64,000 bases of DNA from an uncultured Chloroflexia bacterium. Its GTDB lineage: Bacteria > Chloroflexota > Dehalococcoidia > UBA2979. The stretch is from NCBI GenBank assembly GCA_963728205.1, contig CAVSIV010000001.1, positions 864,001-928,000 of the forward strand, in the 5' to 3' direction. The notes below the pieces were generated by a model that had not been told where the DNA came from, made no database searches, and was given only the letters and a program-made list of their open reading frames with translations. The position numbers and the translations under genes were made by a program. Below, one piece after another: positions 8,955 to 17,854 of this stretch. The number at the start of each line of letters is the position of its first letter. Position 1 is the first letter of the stretch.

Positions 8955-10026
8955 GGGCGCGCGCCTCCCGGTGTCGCTCGATGCCGAGATCGACCAGCCG
9001 CGAGATCAGCTCGGCGTACGAGACGCCGGCTTCCTGCCACAGCCGCGGATACATCGAGATCGGGGTGAAGCCGGGCAGCGTGTTCAGCTCGATGCAGCGC
9101 ACGTCGCCGCCGGGCTGCACGAAGAAGTCGACGCGCGACAGCCCGGCGCAGTCGAGCGCGCGGAAGGCGCGCACGGCCAGGTCCTGCACGCGCGCAGCGG
9201 TCTCGCCGTCGACCTCCGCCGGCACCACGAGGTCCGTGGTGTCGTCCAGGTACTTGGCGTCGTAGTCGTAGAACTCGGCGCGTGGGCGGATCTCGCCGAG
9301 CGGCGACGGGCGCGGCTCGGCGTTGCCGAGCACCGCGCACTCCACCTCGCGGCCGGACAGCGCGGCCTCGACGATCACCTTGCGGTCGTGCCGCGCCGCC
9401 ACGGCGATGGCGCCGTCGAGGTCCTCGCGCGAGCGCGCCTTGCTCACGCCGACGGACGAGCCGCCGTTGCACGGTTTCACGAAGCACGGGTAGCCGAGCG
9501 CCTCGATCGCGCGCAGCGCGTCATGCGAGGGCGCGCGGACGTCGTCGTCGCGCAGCACGTGGTACGCGGCCTGGGGGATGCCGGCGGCGGCGAAGACGGC
9601 GCGCATCAGCTCCTTGTCCATGCCGATCGCGCTGGCCGCGACGCCCGGGCCCACGTACGGCAGGTCGGCCATCTCGAGGAACCCCTGGAGCGTGCCGTCC
9701 TCGCCGAACGTGCCGTGCACGATCGGGAAGACGACGTCGACGGCGCGTAGCGCGTCGAGCACCGCGGGGTAGGCGAGCACGTTGCCGCCCGGGTCGTCGC
9801 CGATGCCGCGCGTCTCGCCGGCCTCGACGCGCTGCATGCGCCGGCGGGTCTCGTCGGGCGTGAGCCAGGCGCCGCCGCGGGTGATGCCGAACGGGATGAC
9901 CTCGAAGCGCGCGGCGTCGGCCTCGCGCATGATCGAGCGCGCGGAGGTCACGGAGACCTCGTGCTCCGCGCTGCGCCCGCCGAAGACGACGGCGAGCCGC
10001 TCGCGGCCGGCCGATGGTGGCGTCAT
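8947..10026 (-). CDS. ddl: D-alanine--D-alanine ligase
   Basis: VVFGGRSAEHEVS, HGTFGEDG, GSSVGVS, FYDYDAKY, ELNTLPGFT. Confidence 0.95.
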   Translation of the reverse strand: MTPPSAGRERLAVVFGGRSAEHEVSVTSARSIMREADAARFEVIPFGITRGGAWLTPDETRRRMQRVEAGETRGIGDDPGGNVLAYPAVLDALRAVDVVFPIVHGTFGEDGTLQGFLEMADLPYVGPGVAASAIGMDKELMRAVFAAAGIPQAAYHVLRDDDVRAPSHDALRAIEALGYPCFVKPCNGGSSVGVSKARSREDLDGAIAVAARHDRKVIVEAALSGREVECAVLGNAEPRPSPLGEIRPRAEFYDYDAKYLDDTTDLVVPAEVDGETAARVQDLAVRAFRALDCAGLSRVDFFVQPGGDVRCIELNTLPGFTPISMYPRLWQEAGVSYAELISRLVDLGIERHREARAHA

Positions 10027-11474
10027 GGCCGCGCCTCCTGCAGCCGCGCGAGCACCAGCGGCCCGAGCTCCGTGATGTCGCCGGCGCCGAACGTGACGAA
10101 GACGTCGCCCGGGCGCAGGTCGGCGGCGATGCGCTCGGCCGCGGCGGCGAACGACTCCAGGTAGACGGGCGCCGGCTTCGCAATCTCCGCGGCCAGCGCG
10201 CGGCCGTCCATGCCCTGGTCGGGCGTCTCGCGCGCGGCATACGTCGGCACGATGTAGAGCGCGTCGAGCCCCTCGAAGCAGTGGCGGAAGCCGTCGAGCA
10301 GGTACTGCGTGCGCGAGTACGTGTGCGGCTGGAAGCACGCGACCAGCCGCCGGTTCGGGTAGCGCTGCCGCCCGGCGCCGACGTTCACGCGCACCTCGGT
10401 CGGGTGGTGCGCGTAGTCGTCGACGATCGTGATCGGCCCACCCGGGCGCGCGACCTCGCCGACGAGGTCGAAGCGGCGGCTCGCGCCGGTGAACTCGGCG
10501 GCGGCGGCGGCCGCGCGGTGGAAGTCGACGCCGGCGCGCATCGCGACGGCGAGCGCGGCCAGCGCGTTCGCGACGTTGTGGCGGCCGGGCACCCGCAGCG
10601 AGATGCGCCCGAGCGCGGCGCCCTCGAGCAGGACGTCGAAGTTCGTGCCGCCGCGCTCGTTGCGGCGCAGCTTCGTCGCGCGCCACTCCACGTCGGCATG
10701 GTCGATGGCGAAGCGCTCGACGTGCACGCCCGCGGCGCGTCGCTCTTCGCCGATGCGCGCCGCCATCGGCGAGTCCTCGCCGACGAGCAGCAGCCCCCCG
10801 GCCACGACGCGCTCGGCGAAGGCGCGGAACGCGCCCTCGAGCCGCTCCGCGGTGCCGTAGTAATCGAGGTGGTCGGGCTCGACGTTGAGGATGACGGCGG
10901 TCTGCGGCGTGTACTGGAGGAACGCCTCCGCGTACTCGTCGGCCTCCACAATCGCGTGCGGGCCGGCGCCGTCGCGTACGTTGCCGCCGAGGTCGCGCGA
11001 GTCGCCGCCGAGCATCACCAGCGGGTCGAGCTCGCCGCGCGCGGCCATCAGCGCGACCAGCGAGGTCGTCGTCGTCTTGCCGTGCGTGCCGGCAATCGCC
11101 AGCACGTGGCGGTCGGCGATCAGGCGCTCGACCATCTCGGCGCGCACCATCACCGGGATGCCACGCTCGCGCGCGGCGACCAGCTCGGGGTTGTCGGACT
11201 TCGCCGCGACCGTCGCCACCACGAGCTCGGCGTCGTCGAGGTGCGACGCGTCGTGCGGGCCGATGTAGATGCGCGCCCCGAGCGCCTCGAGGCGCCGCGT
11301 GAAGTCCGAGGCCGCGAGGTCCGACCCGCTGACGGCGTGGCCGCGGTGCAGCAGCACCTGGCCGATCGCCGACATGTGCACGCCGCCGGCGCCGACGAGG
11401 TGCACGCGGTGCGGCGTCGTGCCGTTCCCGGCGCCGTGGCCGTTGCCGTTCTGCCGCGCGCGCAGGCCAATCAT
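10023..11474 (-). CDS. murC: UDP-N-acetylmuramate--L-alanine ligase
   Basis: GAGGVHMSAIG, AGTHGKTTTT, VEADEY, DHLDYY, DDYAHHPTE, FQPHTYSRT. Confidence 0.95.
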   Translation of the reverse strand: MIGLRARQNGNGHGAGNGTTPHRVHLVGAGGVHMSAIGQVLLHRGHAVSGSDLAASDFTRRLEALGARIYIGPHDASHLDDAELVVATVAAKSDNPELVAARERGIPVMVRAEMVERLIADRHVLAIAGTHGKTTTTSLVALMAARGELDPLVMLGGDSRDLGGNVRDGAGPHAIVEADEYAEAFLQYTPQTAVILNVEPDHLDYYGTAERLEGAFRAFAERVVAGGLLLVGEDSPMAARIGEERRAAGVHVERFAIDHADVEWRATKLRRNERGGTNFDVLLEGAALGRISLRVPGRHNVANALAALAVAMRAGVDFHRAAAAAAEFTGASRRFDLVGEVARPGGPITIVDDYAHHPTEVRVNVGAGRQRYPNRRLVACFQPHTYSRTQYLLDGFRHCFEGLDALYIVPTYAARETPDQGMDGRALAAEIAKPAPVYLESFAAAAERIAADLRPGDVFVTFGAGDITELGPLVLARLQEARP

Positions 11475-12550
11475 CGCTCGGCCGCCTCTCGCAGCAGCTC
11501 CGCGATGCGCGACGCCGCGTTCGGCCGCGCCAGCCCGCGCATCGCATCGGCCATCGCCTCGCGCCGCGGCGCGCTGTCGATGAGGTCGAGGATCGTCGCC
11601 TCGAGGTCGTCGATGGACCGCGACTCCAGCGTCACGGCCGCGCCGACGTTGGACAGGTAGGCGGCGTTCTCGTGCTGGTCGGAGTATGAGCCCGGAATCA
11701 CAATCGCCGGCAGGCCGCTGGCCGGCAGCTCGCCGAGCGTCGACGCGCCGGCGCGCGTGACCGCCAGGTCCGCGGCGGCCATCGCGTACGCCATCTCCTC
11801 GGTGTAGGCGTGCAGGTGATAGCGCTCGCGTTGCCAGTCGGGGAGCCGCTCGCGCTCGCGCGTCAGCCACTGCTCCTCGGCGGCGCCGCTGACGTGGATG
11901 ACCTGCATGCGCTCGAGCAGCCGCCGCAGCGCGGCGTGCACGACGAGGTTGATCTGGTGCGCGCCCAGCGACCCGCCGGCAATCAGCAGCGTCGGCAGGG
12001 CGGGGTCGAGCTCGAAGCGGCGGATGCCTTCTTCGCGCGTCGCCTCCTCGAACTGGCGCCGCAGCGGGTAGCCGGTGACGACGGTCTTGCGCCGCGGCAG
12101 GAAGTCCAGCGAGCGATCGACCGAGCACGCCACGGTGGTCGCCGAGCGCTGCATGTAGCGCACGGCCCAGCCGGGGCGGACGTCGGGCAGGAAGAGCACG
12201 AGCGGCACGCGGCGCGACTTCGCCGCGCGGCCGACCGGCGCGGCCGCATAGCCGCCGGTCGCGAAGACCGCGTGCGGGCGGTCCTGGTCGAGCAGCCGCC
12301 CCGCCGCGCGCGTGCCGCTCCACAGCGCGAACGCGCCGCGCGCGAGGCGCGCCGGCGAGCGGCCGCGGAACTGGGCGGCGGGGATCACGCGATAGGGGAT
12401 GCGCGCGCTCATCGCGACCTGCCGCTCGGCCCCGCGCTCGGTGCCGTAGTAGACGAGCTCCGTGTCGAGGTGCTCGCGCAGCCGCTCGGCCACCGCGATC
12501 GCGGGGTAGGCGTGGCCACCCGTGCCGCCGCCGGCGAGCGCGAACTTCAT
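11471..12550 (-). CDS. murG: Lipid II GlcNAc transferase MurG
   Basis: AGGGTGGHAYP, GGSLGA, RAGASTLGE, DQHENA. Confidence 0.95.
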   Translation of the reverse strand: MKFALAGGGTGGHAYPAIAVAERLREHLDTELVYYGTERGAERQVAMSARIPYRVIPAAQFRGRSPARLARGAFALWSGTRAAGRLLDQDRPHAVFATGGYAAAPVGRAAKSRRVPLVLFLPDVRPGWAVRYMQRSATTVACSVDRSLDFLPRRKTVVTGYPLRRQFEEATREEGIRRFELDPALPTLLIAGGSLGAHQINLVVHAALRRLLERMQVIHVSGAAEEQWLTRERERLPDWQRERYHLHAYTEEMAYAMAAADLAVTRAGASTLGELPASGLPAIVIPGSYSDQHENAAYLSNVGAAVTLESRSIDDLEATILDLIDSAPRREAMADAMRGLARPNAASRIAELLREAAER

Positions 12551-13911
12551 CCCGAGCCCCCGGCCTTCGGGCGCCGCAGCGTGGGGCGTCGCACCGGGTC
12601 GACGGGCCGCTGCGGGCGCACGAACGTCGGGTCGCTCGTCCCGACCGTCACCGGCGCGGGGGCGGGCGCCCTGGCCGGCGCCGGTGACGCGGCCGGCTTC
12701 GGCTGCGGCTGCCGCTGCGCACGCACCGGCAGCCGCACCGCGCCGCGCACCGGCGCCGGCGCGACCTCGGCTTCGATAGCCGCGTAGCGCGAGACCGACA
12801 GCAGCAGCCCGAGCGCCGTCATCGTCGCGACGAGCGCCGAGCCGCCGTACGACATCAGCGGCAGCGGGATGCCGGTGAGCGGGAAGGTGTGCGTGACGCC
12901 GCCGATGTTGATCAGCGCCTGGAATCCGATCCACGCGAGCACGCCGACGGCGAGCAGCGAGCCGAACGGGTCGCCCGCGCGCTGCGCGATGCGCCAGCCG
13001 CGCCACAGCAGCAGCGCGAACAGCCCGAGCACGACAATCGCGCCGATCAGTCCCAGCTCCTCGCCGACGATCGCGAGGATGCCGTCGGTGTGCGACCCCG
13101 GCACGTAGAAGAACTTCTGCCGCGAGACCCCGAGCCCGAGCCCGCTGATGCCGCCGGAGCCGAACGCGATCAGCAGCTGGAGCGTGTGGAAGCCCACGCC
13201 CGACGGGTCGGAGTTCGGCGACGTGAACGAGAGGATGCGGTCCATGCGGTAGCCGCCGGAGAAGACCAGCACGACGAGCATCAGCAGCCCGCTCGCGCCG
13301 AGCACGAGCACGTGCTTGATGCGCGCGCCGGCGACGAAGAAGAGCGTGCCGGTGATCGCCGCGACCATCACCGCGGTGCCGAGGTCGGGCTCGAGCATGA
13401 TCAACGCGCCGACGATCCCGACCATGCTCACGAACGGGAAGACGCCGAGCGAGAAGTCCTTGAGGACGTCGCCCTTTGCGGCGAGCCAGGCCGACATGTA
13501 GATCAGCACCGCGAGCTTCGCGAACTCGCTCGGCTGCGCCTGGAAGGCGCCGCCCAGCGAGATCCAGCGGCGCGCGCCGTTCGACGCGAAGCCGACGCCG
13601 GGGACGAGCACGGCGGCGAGCCCGCCCAGCGCGACGAGCATCAGCAGCGGGCTGAGCATGCGCAGCCGGTGGTAGTCGAAGTTCATCGTGATCACGAGCG
13701 TGACCAGGCCGAAGACGGCGAAGACCGCCTGTCGCTTGATGAAGTAGTTGGCGTCGCCGAACTGCGCGTAGCCGAGCGCATACGACGCCGAGTAGACGGC
13801 GATCAGGCCCATCACGAGCAGCATCGCGATCACGGTGAGCAGCGCGTAGTCGGGCGCGTGGCGGCGCGGCGCGCTGCGGGCGGCGGCGGAGGCGGCGAAG
13901 GGGCGCGTCAT
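12547..13911 (-). CDS. ftsW: SEDS peptidoglycan polymerase FtsW, with Pro-rich C-terminal tail
   Basis: GARRWI, QPSEFAK, EPDLGT, HTDGILA, TGIPLPLMSYGGS. Multiple TM segments. Confidence 0.93.
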   Translation of the reverse strand: MTRPFAASAAARSAPRRHAPDYALLTVIAMLLVMGLIAVYSASYALGYAQFGDANYFIKRQAVFAVFGLVTLVITMNFDYHRLRMLSPLLMLVALGGLAAVLVPGVGFASNGARRWISLGGAFQAQPSEFAKLAVLIYMSAWLAAKGDVLKDFSLGVFPFVSMVGIVGALIMLEPDLGTAVMVAAITGTLFFVAGARIKHVLVLGASGLLMLVVLVFSGGYRMDRILSFTSPNSDPSGVGFHTLQLLIAFGSGGISGLGLGVSRQKFFYVPGSHTDGILAIVGEELGLIGAIVVLGLFALLLWRGWRIAQRAGDPFGSLLAVGVLAWIGFQALINIGGVTHTFPLTGIPLPLMSYGGSALVATMTALGLLLSVSRYAAIEAEVAPAPVRGAVRLPVRAQRQPQPKPAASPAPARAPAPAPVTVGTSDPTFVRPQRPVDPVRRPTLRRPKAGGSG

Positions 13912-15446
13912 CGCGCGCTCCCGTCGGGGGCGTCGAGCGCGCGGGCGGCGGCGGCGAAGGCGCGGCCGCGCTCCTCGAAGTTGCGGTAGGCGTCGAAGGA
14001 CGTGCCGGCCGGCGAGAACAGCACGACGTCGCCGGGCGCGGCGGCGGCAGCCGCGGCGCGCACCGCCTCCTCGACGGTGGCGACCTCGATGATCGCCGGT
14101 GCGGCCCCGCCGGCGTAGCCGGCACTCCGCGCGGCTCCGCCGGCGTAGCCGGCACTCCGCGCGGCTCCGCCGGCGTAGCCGGCACTCCGCGCGGCTCCGC
14201 CGGCGTAGCCGGCACTCCGCGCGGCCCCACCGGCATCCCGGACGGCACGCGCGAAGAGCGGGCCGGCCTCGCCGAACGCGATCACGGCGCGGCAGCGCGC
14301 GGCCGCCGCGGCGCCGAGCTCCGCGAGCGGCAGCTGCTTGTGGCGGCCGCCCAGCAGCAGCACCAGCGGCTCGACGTACGAGCGCATCCCGGCGAGCGTG
14401 CGCTCCGGCGTCGTCGCGATGGAGTCGTTCACGTACTGCACGTCGCCGGCGGTGGCGACCAGCTCGAGCCGGTGCGGCACGCCGCCGAACGCGCGCACGG
14501 CGTCGGCGACCGGCGCATCGGGGAGCGCCAGCTCGCCCGCCAGCGCCACGGCGGAGAGCACGTTCTCGACGTTGTGCTCGCCGCGCAGCCGGATCTCGTC
14601 GCGGCGCAGCACGACGCGCTCCGCGCCGTCGCGACGCGCGACCACAACGGCGCCGCCGTCCATGCCGCCGTCGGACCCGGCACGCAGCAGCGCGCCGTCC
14701 CCGGGGAGCTCCCCGCGCCGCGACGTCCCCACGACACGGCCGGGCGCCTCGCGCGCGAAGCCGCTGCACACGGCGTCGTCGAGGTTGAGCACCACGACGT
14801 CGTCCGGGCCCTGGAACTCGAAGATCCGACGCTTGAGGCCGACGTAGTCGTCCCACGAGAAGCGGTCGAGGTGGTTCGGCGTGACGTTTGTGACGCACGC
14901 GACGTGCGGGCTCCGCGAGACCGTCGCCAGCTGCGTGTGCGACAGCTCGATCACGACGCGCGTCTCGGGGCGGATGCGCTCGAGCAGCGACAGCATCCCC
15001 ACGCCGATGTTGCCGCCCACGACGTGGTCGACCCCGGCGGACGCCAGCATCGCGCCGACGAGCGCGGTCGTCGTGGTCTTGCCGGCGGACCCGGTGATGC
15101 CGGTGACCGGCGCGGGGCAGCGTTCCATGAACAGCTCGGCCATCGACGAGACGGGGATGCCCCCCGCGCGCGCGGCCGCGAGCTCCGGCAGCTCGGCGGG
15201 CACGCCCTGGGAGGCGAAGACGTAGTCGGCGCCGGCGACGGCCTCGGCGCGGTTCGCGCCCAGCGACAGGGTGGCGTGGCAGTCGGCGATGGCCGTCAGC
15301 TGGTCACCGAGTTCCTCGGGCGGCCGGCGATCGGACACGACGACCGCGGCTCCCTCGGAGGTGAGGTGCCGCACGAGGTCGACGCCCTCGATGCCGAGCC
15401 CGACAACGGTCACATGCGCCCCCCGGAGATTCGGTATAGGCGTCAT
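13908..15446 (-). CDS. murD: UDP-MurNAc-L-Ala--D-glutamate ligase (alternative GTG start at 15470)
   Basis: GITGSAGKTTTT, VGGNIG, ELS, NHLDR, HRLE, NDSIAT, SPAGTSFD..NFEERG. Confidence 0.95.
   Translation of the reverse strand: MTPIPNLRGAHVTVVGLGIEGVDLVRHLTSEGAAVVVSDRRPPEELGDQLTAIADCHATLSLGANRAEAVAGADYVFASQGVPAELPELAAARAGGIPVSSMAELFMERCPAPVTGITGSAGKTTTTALVGAMLASAGVDHVVGGNIGVGMLSLLERIRPETRVVIELSHTQLATVSRSPHVACVTNVTPNHLDRFSWDDYVGLKRRIFEFQGPDDVVVLNLDDAVCSGFAREAPGRVVGTSRRGELPGDGALLRAGSDGGMDGGAVVVARRDGAERVVLRRDEIRLRGEHNVENVLSAVALAGELALPDAPVADAVRAFGGVPHRLELVATAGDVQYVNDSIATTPERTLAGMRSYVEPLVLLLGGRHKQLPLAELGAAAAARCRAVIAFGEAGPLFARAVRDAGGAARSAGYAGGAARSAGYAGGAARSAGYAGGAARSAGYAGGAAPAIIEVATVEEAVRAAAAAAAPGDVVLFSPAGTSFDAYRNFEERGRAFAAAARALDAPDGSAR
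14101..14235. repeat. In-frame tandem repeat in murD, 4 x 30 bp plus a partial copy (GGAARSAGYA)
   Basis: Unit GCGGCTCCGCCGGCGTAGCCGGCACTCCGC repeated at 14101-14220, with one substitution in the first copy. Confidence 0.95.
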
Positions 15447-15476
15447 AGCGGATGAGCCAATATTGTCCACAACCTA

Positions 15477-16439
15477 TCACACCGTCAACGCCAGCGCGAT
15501 GCCGACGATCGCCCCGGCGAACCCAATCAGCCACATGCGCGTCACGACCTGGGGCTCGCTCCAGCCCAGGAGCTCGAAATGGTTATGGAGGGGGGCCCGG
15601 CGGAAGATCCGGCGGCCGCCGGTCGTCTGGAAGTACGCGATCTGGATCACGTCGGAGAGCGCCTCGGCGACGAAGACGATTCCGATGATCGGGAGCAGCA
15701 GCCAGTGGCCGGTCATCAGGGCGACGGTGCCCAGCAGGGCGCCGAGCGGGATGGCGCCGGCGTCGCCCATGAAGACCTGCGCGGGGTGAGCGTTGTACCA
15801 GAGGAACCCCATCAAGGCCCCCACGACGGTCAGCGAGAACGTCGCGACGTACTGCTGCCCCTGGAGGAACCCGATCACCGCGTAGGCGGTGAACGCGATC
15901 GCCGCCGTGCCGCCGAGCAGGCCGTCGAGCCCGTCCGTGATCGACACCGCGGTGGTCGTCGCGAACATCGTGACGAACGCGACCACGAGGTAGAAGGCGC
16001 CGATCGAGAACTGGCCGGCCCACGGGATGTTCACGTTGCTGGCGTCGAGCCAGAAGTACATGACGCAGGCCACGCCGGCGGAGAGCAGCGTCTGGAGCGC
16101 GAACTTCACTCGCCAGCTCAGCCCCGCGCGGCCGAGCCGTCCGATCAGCGTGCCGCTGTCGTCCCACAGCCCGATCGCGAGCGTGATCGCGAGCACCGTC
16201 AGCGGCAGCAGGATCGAGAGCTTGTCGAAGAGGTTCGTCGGGATCGTGACGATCGCGACGGCGGCGAAGATGATGATGCCGCCCATCGTCGGCGTGCCGG
16301 CCTTCACCGCGTGCGTGGACGGCTGGTCCTCGGAGATCGCCTTGCCGTACTTGCGCGCACGGAGCCAGGCCACGATTGGCCGGCCGATCGCCAGCGCCAC
16401 GAGGAACGCCCCCATCCCGACGAGCATCGAGTAGGTCAC
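15477..16439 (-). CDS. mraY: Phospho-N-acetylmuramoyl-pentapeptide transferase
   Basis: KAGTPTMGG, TDGLDGL, FMGDAG, APLHNHFEL. GTG start overlaps the murF stop. Confidence 0.95.
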   Translation of the reverse strand: MTYSMLVGMGAFLVALAIGRPIVAWLRARKYGKAISEDQPSTHAVKAGTPTMGGIIIFAAVAIVTIPTNLFDKLSILLPLTVLAITLAIGLWDDSGTLIGRLGRAGLSWRVKFALQTLLSAGVACVMYFWLDASNVNIPWAGQFSIGAFYLVVAFVTMFATTTAVSITDGLDGLLGGTAAIAFTAYAVIGFLQGQQYVATFSLTVVGALMGFLWYNAHPAQVFMGDAGAIPLGALLGTVALMTGHWLLLPIIGIVFVAEALSDVIQIAYFQTTGGRRIFRRAPLHNHFELLGWSEPQVVTRMWLIGFAGAIVGIALALTV

Positions 16440-17854
16440 GGCGCCACCCCCCGGTCCCGCGTCACCGCCGCGACGACGGTCTCGAGCGCCAGCGCGTGCG
16501 AGCCCTTGATCAGCACGACGTCGCCGGGCTGCAGCGCGGCGATCAGCGCGGACGCGGCTGCCTCCCGGTCCGGGAGGTGCCGCGCGGCGGCCATGCCGTC
16601 GGCAGCGGCGGTTTGCGCGATCGCGGCGGCGAGGTCGCCGACGGTGAAGAGCATGTCCAGCCGCTCGGCCGCCAGGTGGCCGACGCGCTCGTGGGCCGGC
16701 GCCGACTCCGATCCGAGCTCGAGCATGTCGCCGAGCAGCGCGACGTGGCGGCCGGGCATCTCGGCGAGCAGCCGCAGCGCGGCGTCCATCGACGCCGGGT
16801 TCGCGTTGTAGGTGTCGTCGACCAGCGTGACGTCGCCGGTGAGCCGCACGACGCGCATGCGCGTCGGCACGTCGAGCGCCTCGATCGCGTCGGCGACGGC
16901 GTCGAACGCCATGCCGTCGGCGAGCGCGGCGGTGGCGGCGGCGAGCACGTTGCTCACGAGGTGCGCGCCGGGCAGCGGCACGCGCACGCGCCGCTCGTCC
17001 GCGCCGGCGGCGAGCGTGAAGTCGAAGCCGGGCGCGCCGTGGCTCTCCACGTCGCGCCCGCGTACGGCGAGCTCGCCGCGCGGGTCGTCGCCCGTGCCGA
17101 ACAGCCACACGCGCGCCGCGGTGTGCGACGCCATCCCGCGCACCTTCTCGTCGTCGGCGTTGAGCACGGCGTGGCCGTCGGCGGGGAGCGCCTCCGGGAG
17201 CTCGCGCTTCGCGCGTACGATCGCGTCGAGCGAGCCGGCGCGCTCGAGGTGCACCGGCCCGACGTTGAGCACGATGCCGATGCGCGGGTGCGTCCACGTG
17301 CACAGCCGGGCGATCTCGCCCGTCGTGTACATCCCCATCTCGATCACTGCGCGCTCCGTGCCGGGGCGCAGCTCGAGCAGGCACAGCGGGACGCCGATCT
17401 CGTTGTTGTAGTTGAGGGGCGTCGCCTGCACGCGCCGCGCCGCGCCGAGCACGCCGGCGGCGATCAGCTTCGTCGTCGTCTTGCCGACGTTGCCGGTCAC
17501 GCCCACGACCTCGAGGCCGGGCAGCGCGTCGCGCCAGGCGACCGCGACGCGCTGCAGCGCGGCGAGCGGGTCGTCGACGACGAAGCAGGCGGCGCCCTCG
17601 GTGCCGGGGACGGCGTGGGCGACGATGCAGCCGGTGGCGCCCGCCGCGACGGCGGCGGCGGCGTAGTCGTGGCCGTCGACGCGCTCGCCCGGCAGCGCGA
17701 TGAAGAGCTCGCCGGGCTGCACGAGACGGGAGTCGATCGCGGCGCGCGCGAAGCGCGCCTCGGCGGGGCCGGTGCGCGCGCGCAGCGCGTCGCCGAGGGC
17801 GGTCGCCACGAAGGCGGCGTCGAGCACCGGCGGGGGGCCGGCGGCGGCGGTCAT
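16436..17854 (-). CDS. murF: UDP-MurNAc-tripeptide--D-Ala-D-Ala ligase
   Basis: IDSR, DGHDY, VTGNVGKTTTK, NYNNEIGVP, DDTYNANPASM, LGDMLELG, IKGS. Confidence 0.95.
   Translation of the reverse strand: MTAAAGPPPVLDAAFVATALGDALRARTGPAEARFARAAIDSRLVQPGELFIALPGERVDGHDYAAAAVAAGATGCIVAHAVPGTEGAACFVVDDPLAALQRVAVAWRDALPGLEVVGVTGNVGKTTTKLIAAGVLGAARRVQATPLNYNNEIGVPLCLLELRPGTERAVIEMGMYTTGEIARLCTWTHPRIGIVLNVGPVHLERAGSLDAIVRAKRELPEALPADGHAVLNADDEKVRGMASHTAARVWLFGTGDDPRGELAVRGRDVESHGAPGFDFTLAAGADERRVRVPLPGAHLVSNVLAAATAALADGMAFDAVADAIEALDVPTRMRVVRLTGDVTLVDDTYNANPASMDAALRLLAEMPGRHVALLGDMLELGSESAPAHERVGHLAAERLDMLFTVGDLAAAIAQTAAADGMAAARHLPDREAAASALIAALQPGDVVLIKGSHALALETVVAAVTRDRGVAP

Noticed and set aside
14101-14235. 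Tandem 30-bp repeat as a CRISPR array
   Set aside because: No unique spacers, in frame inside murD, and no cas genes in the window.
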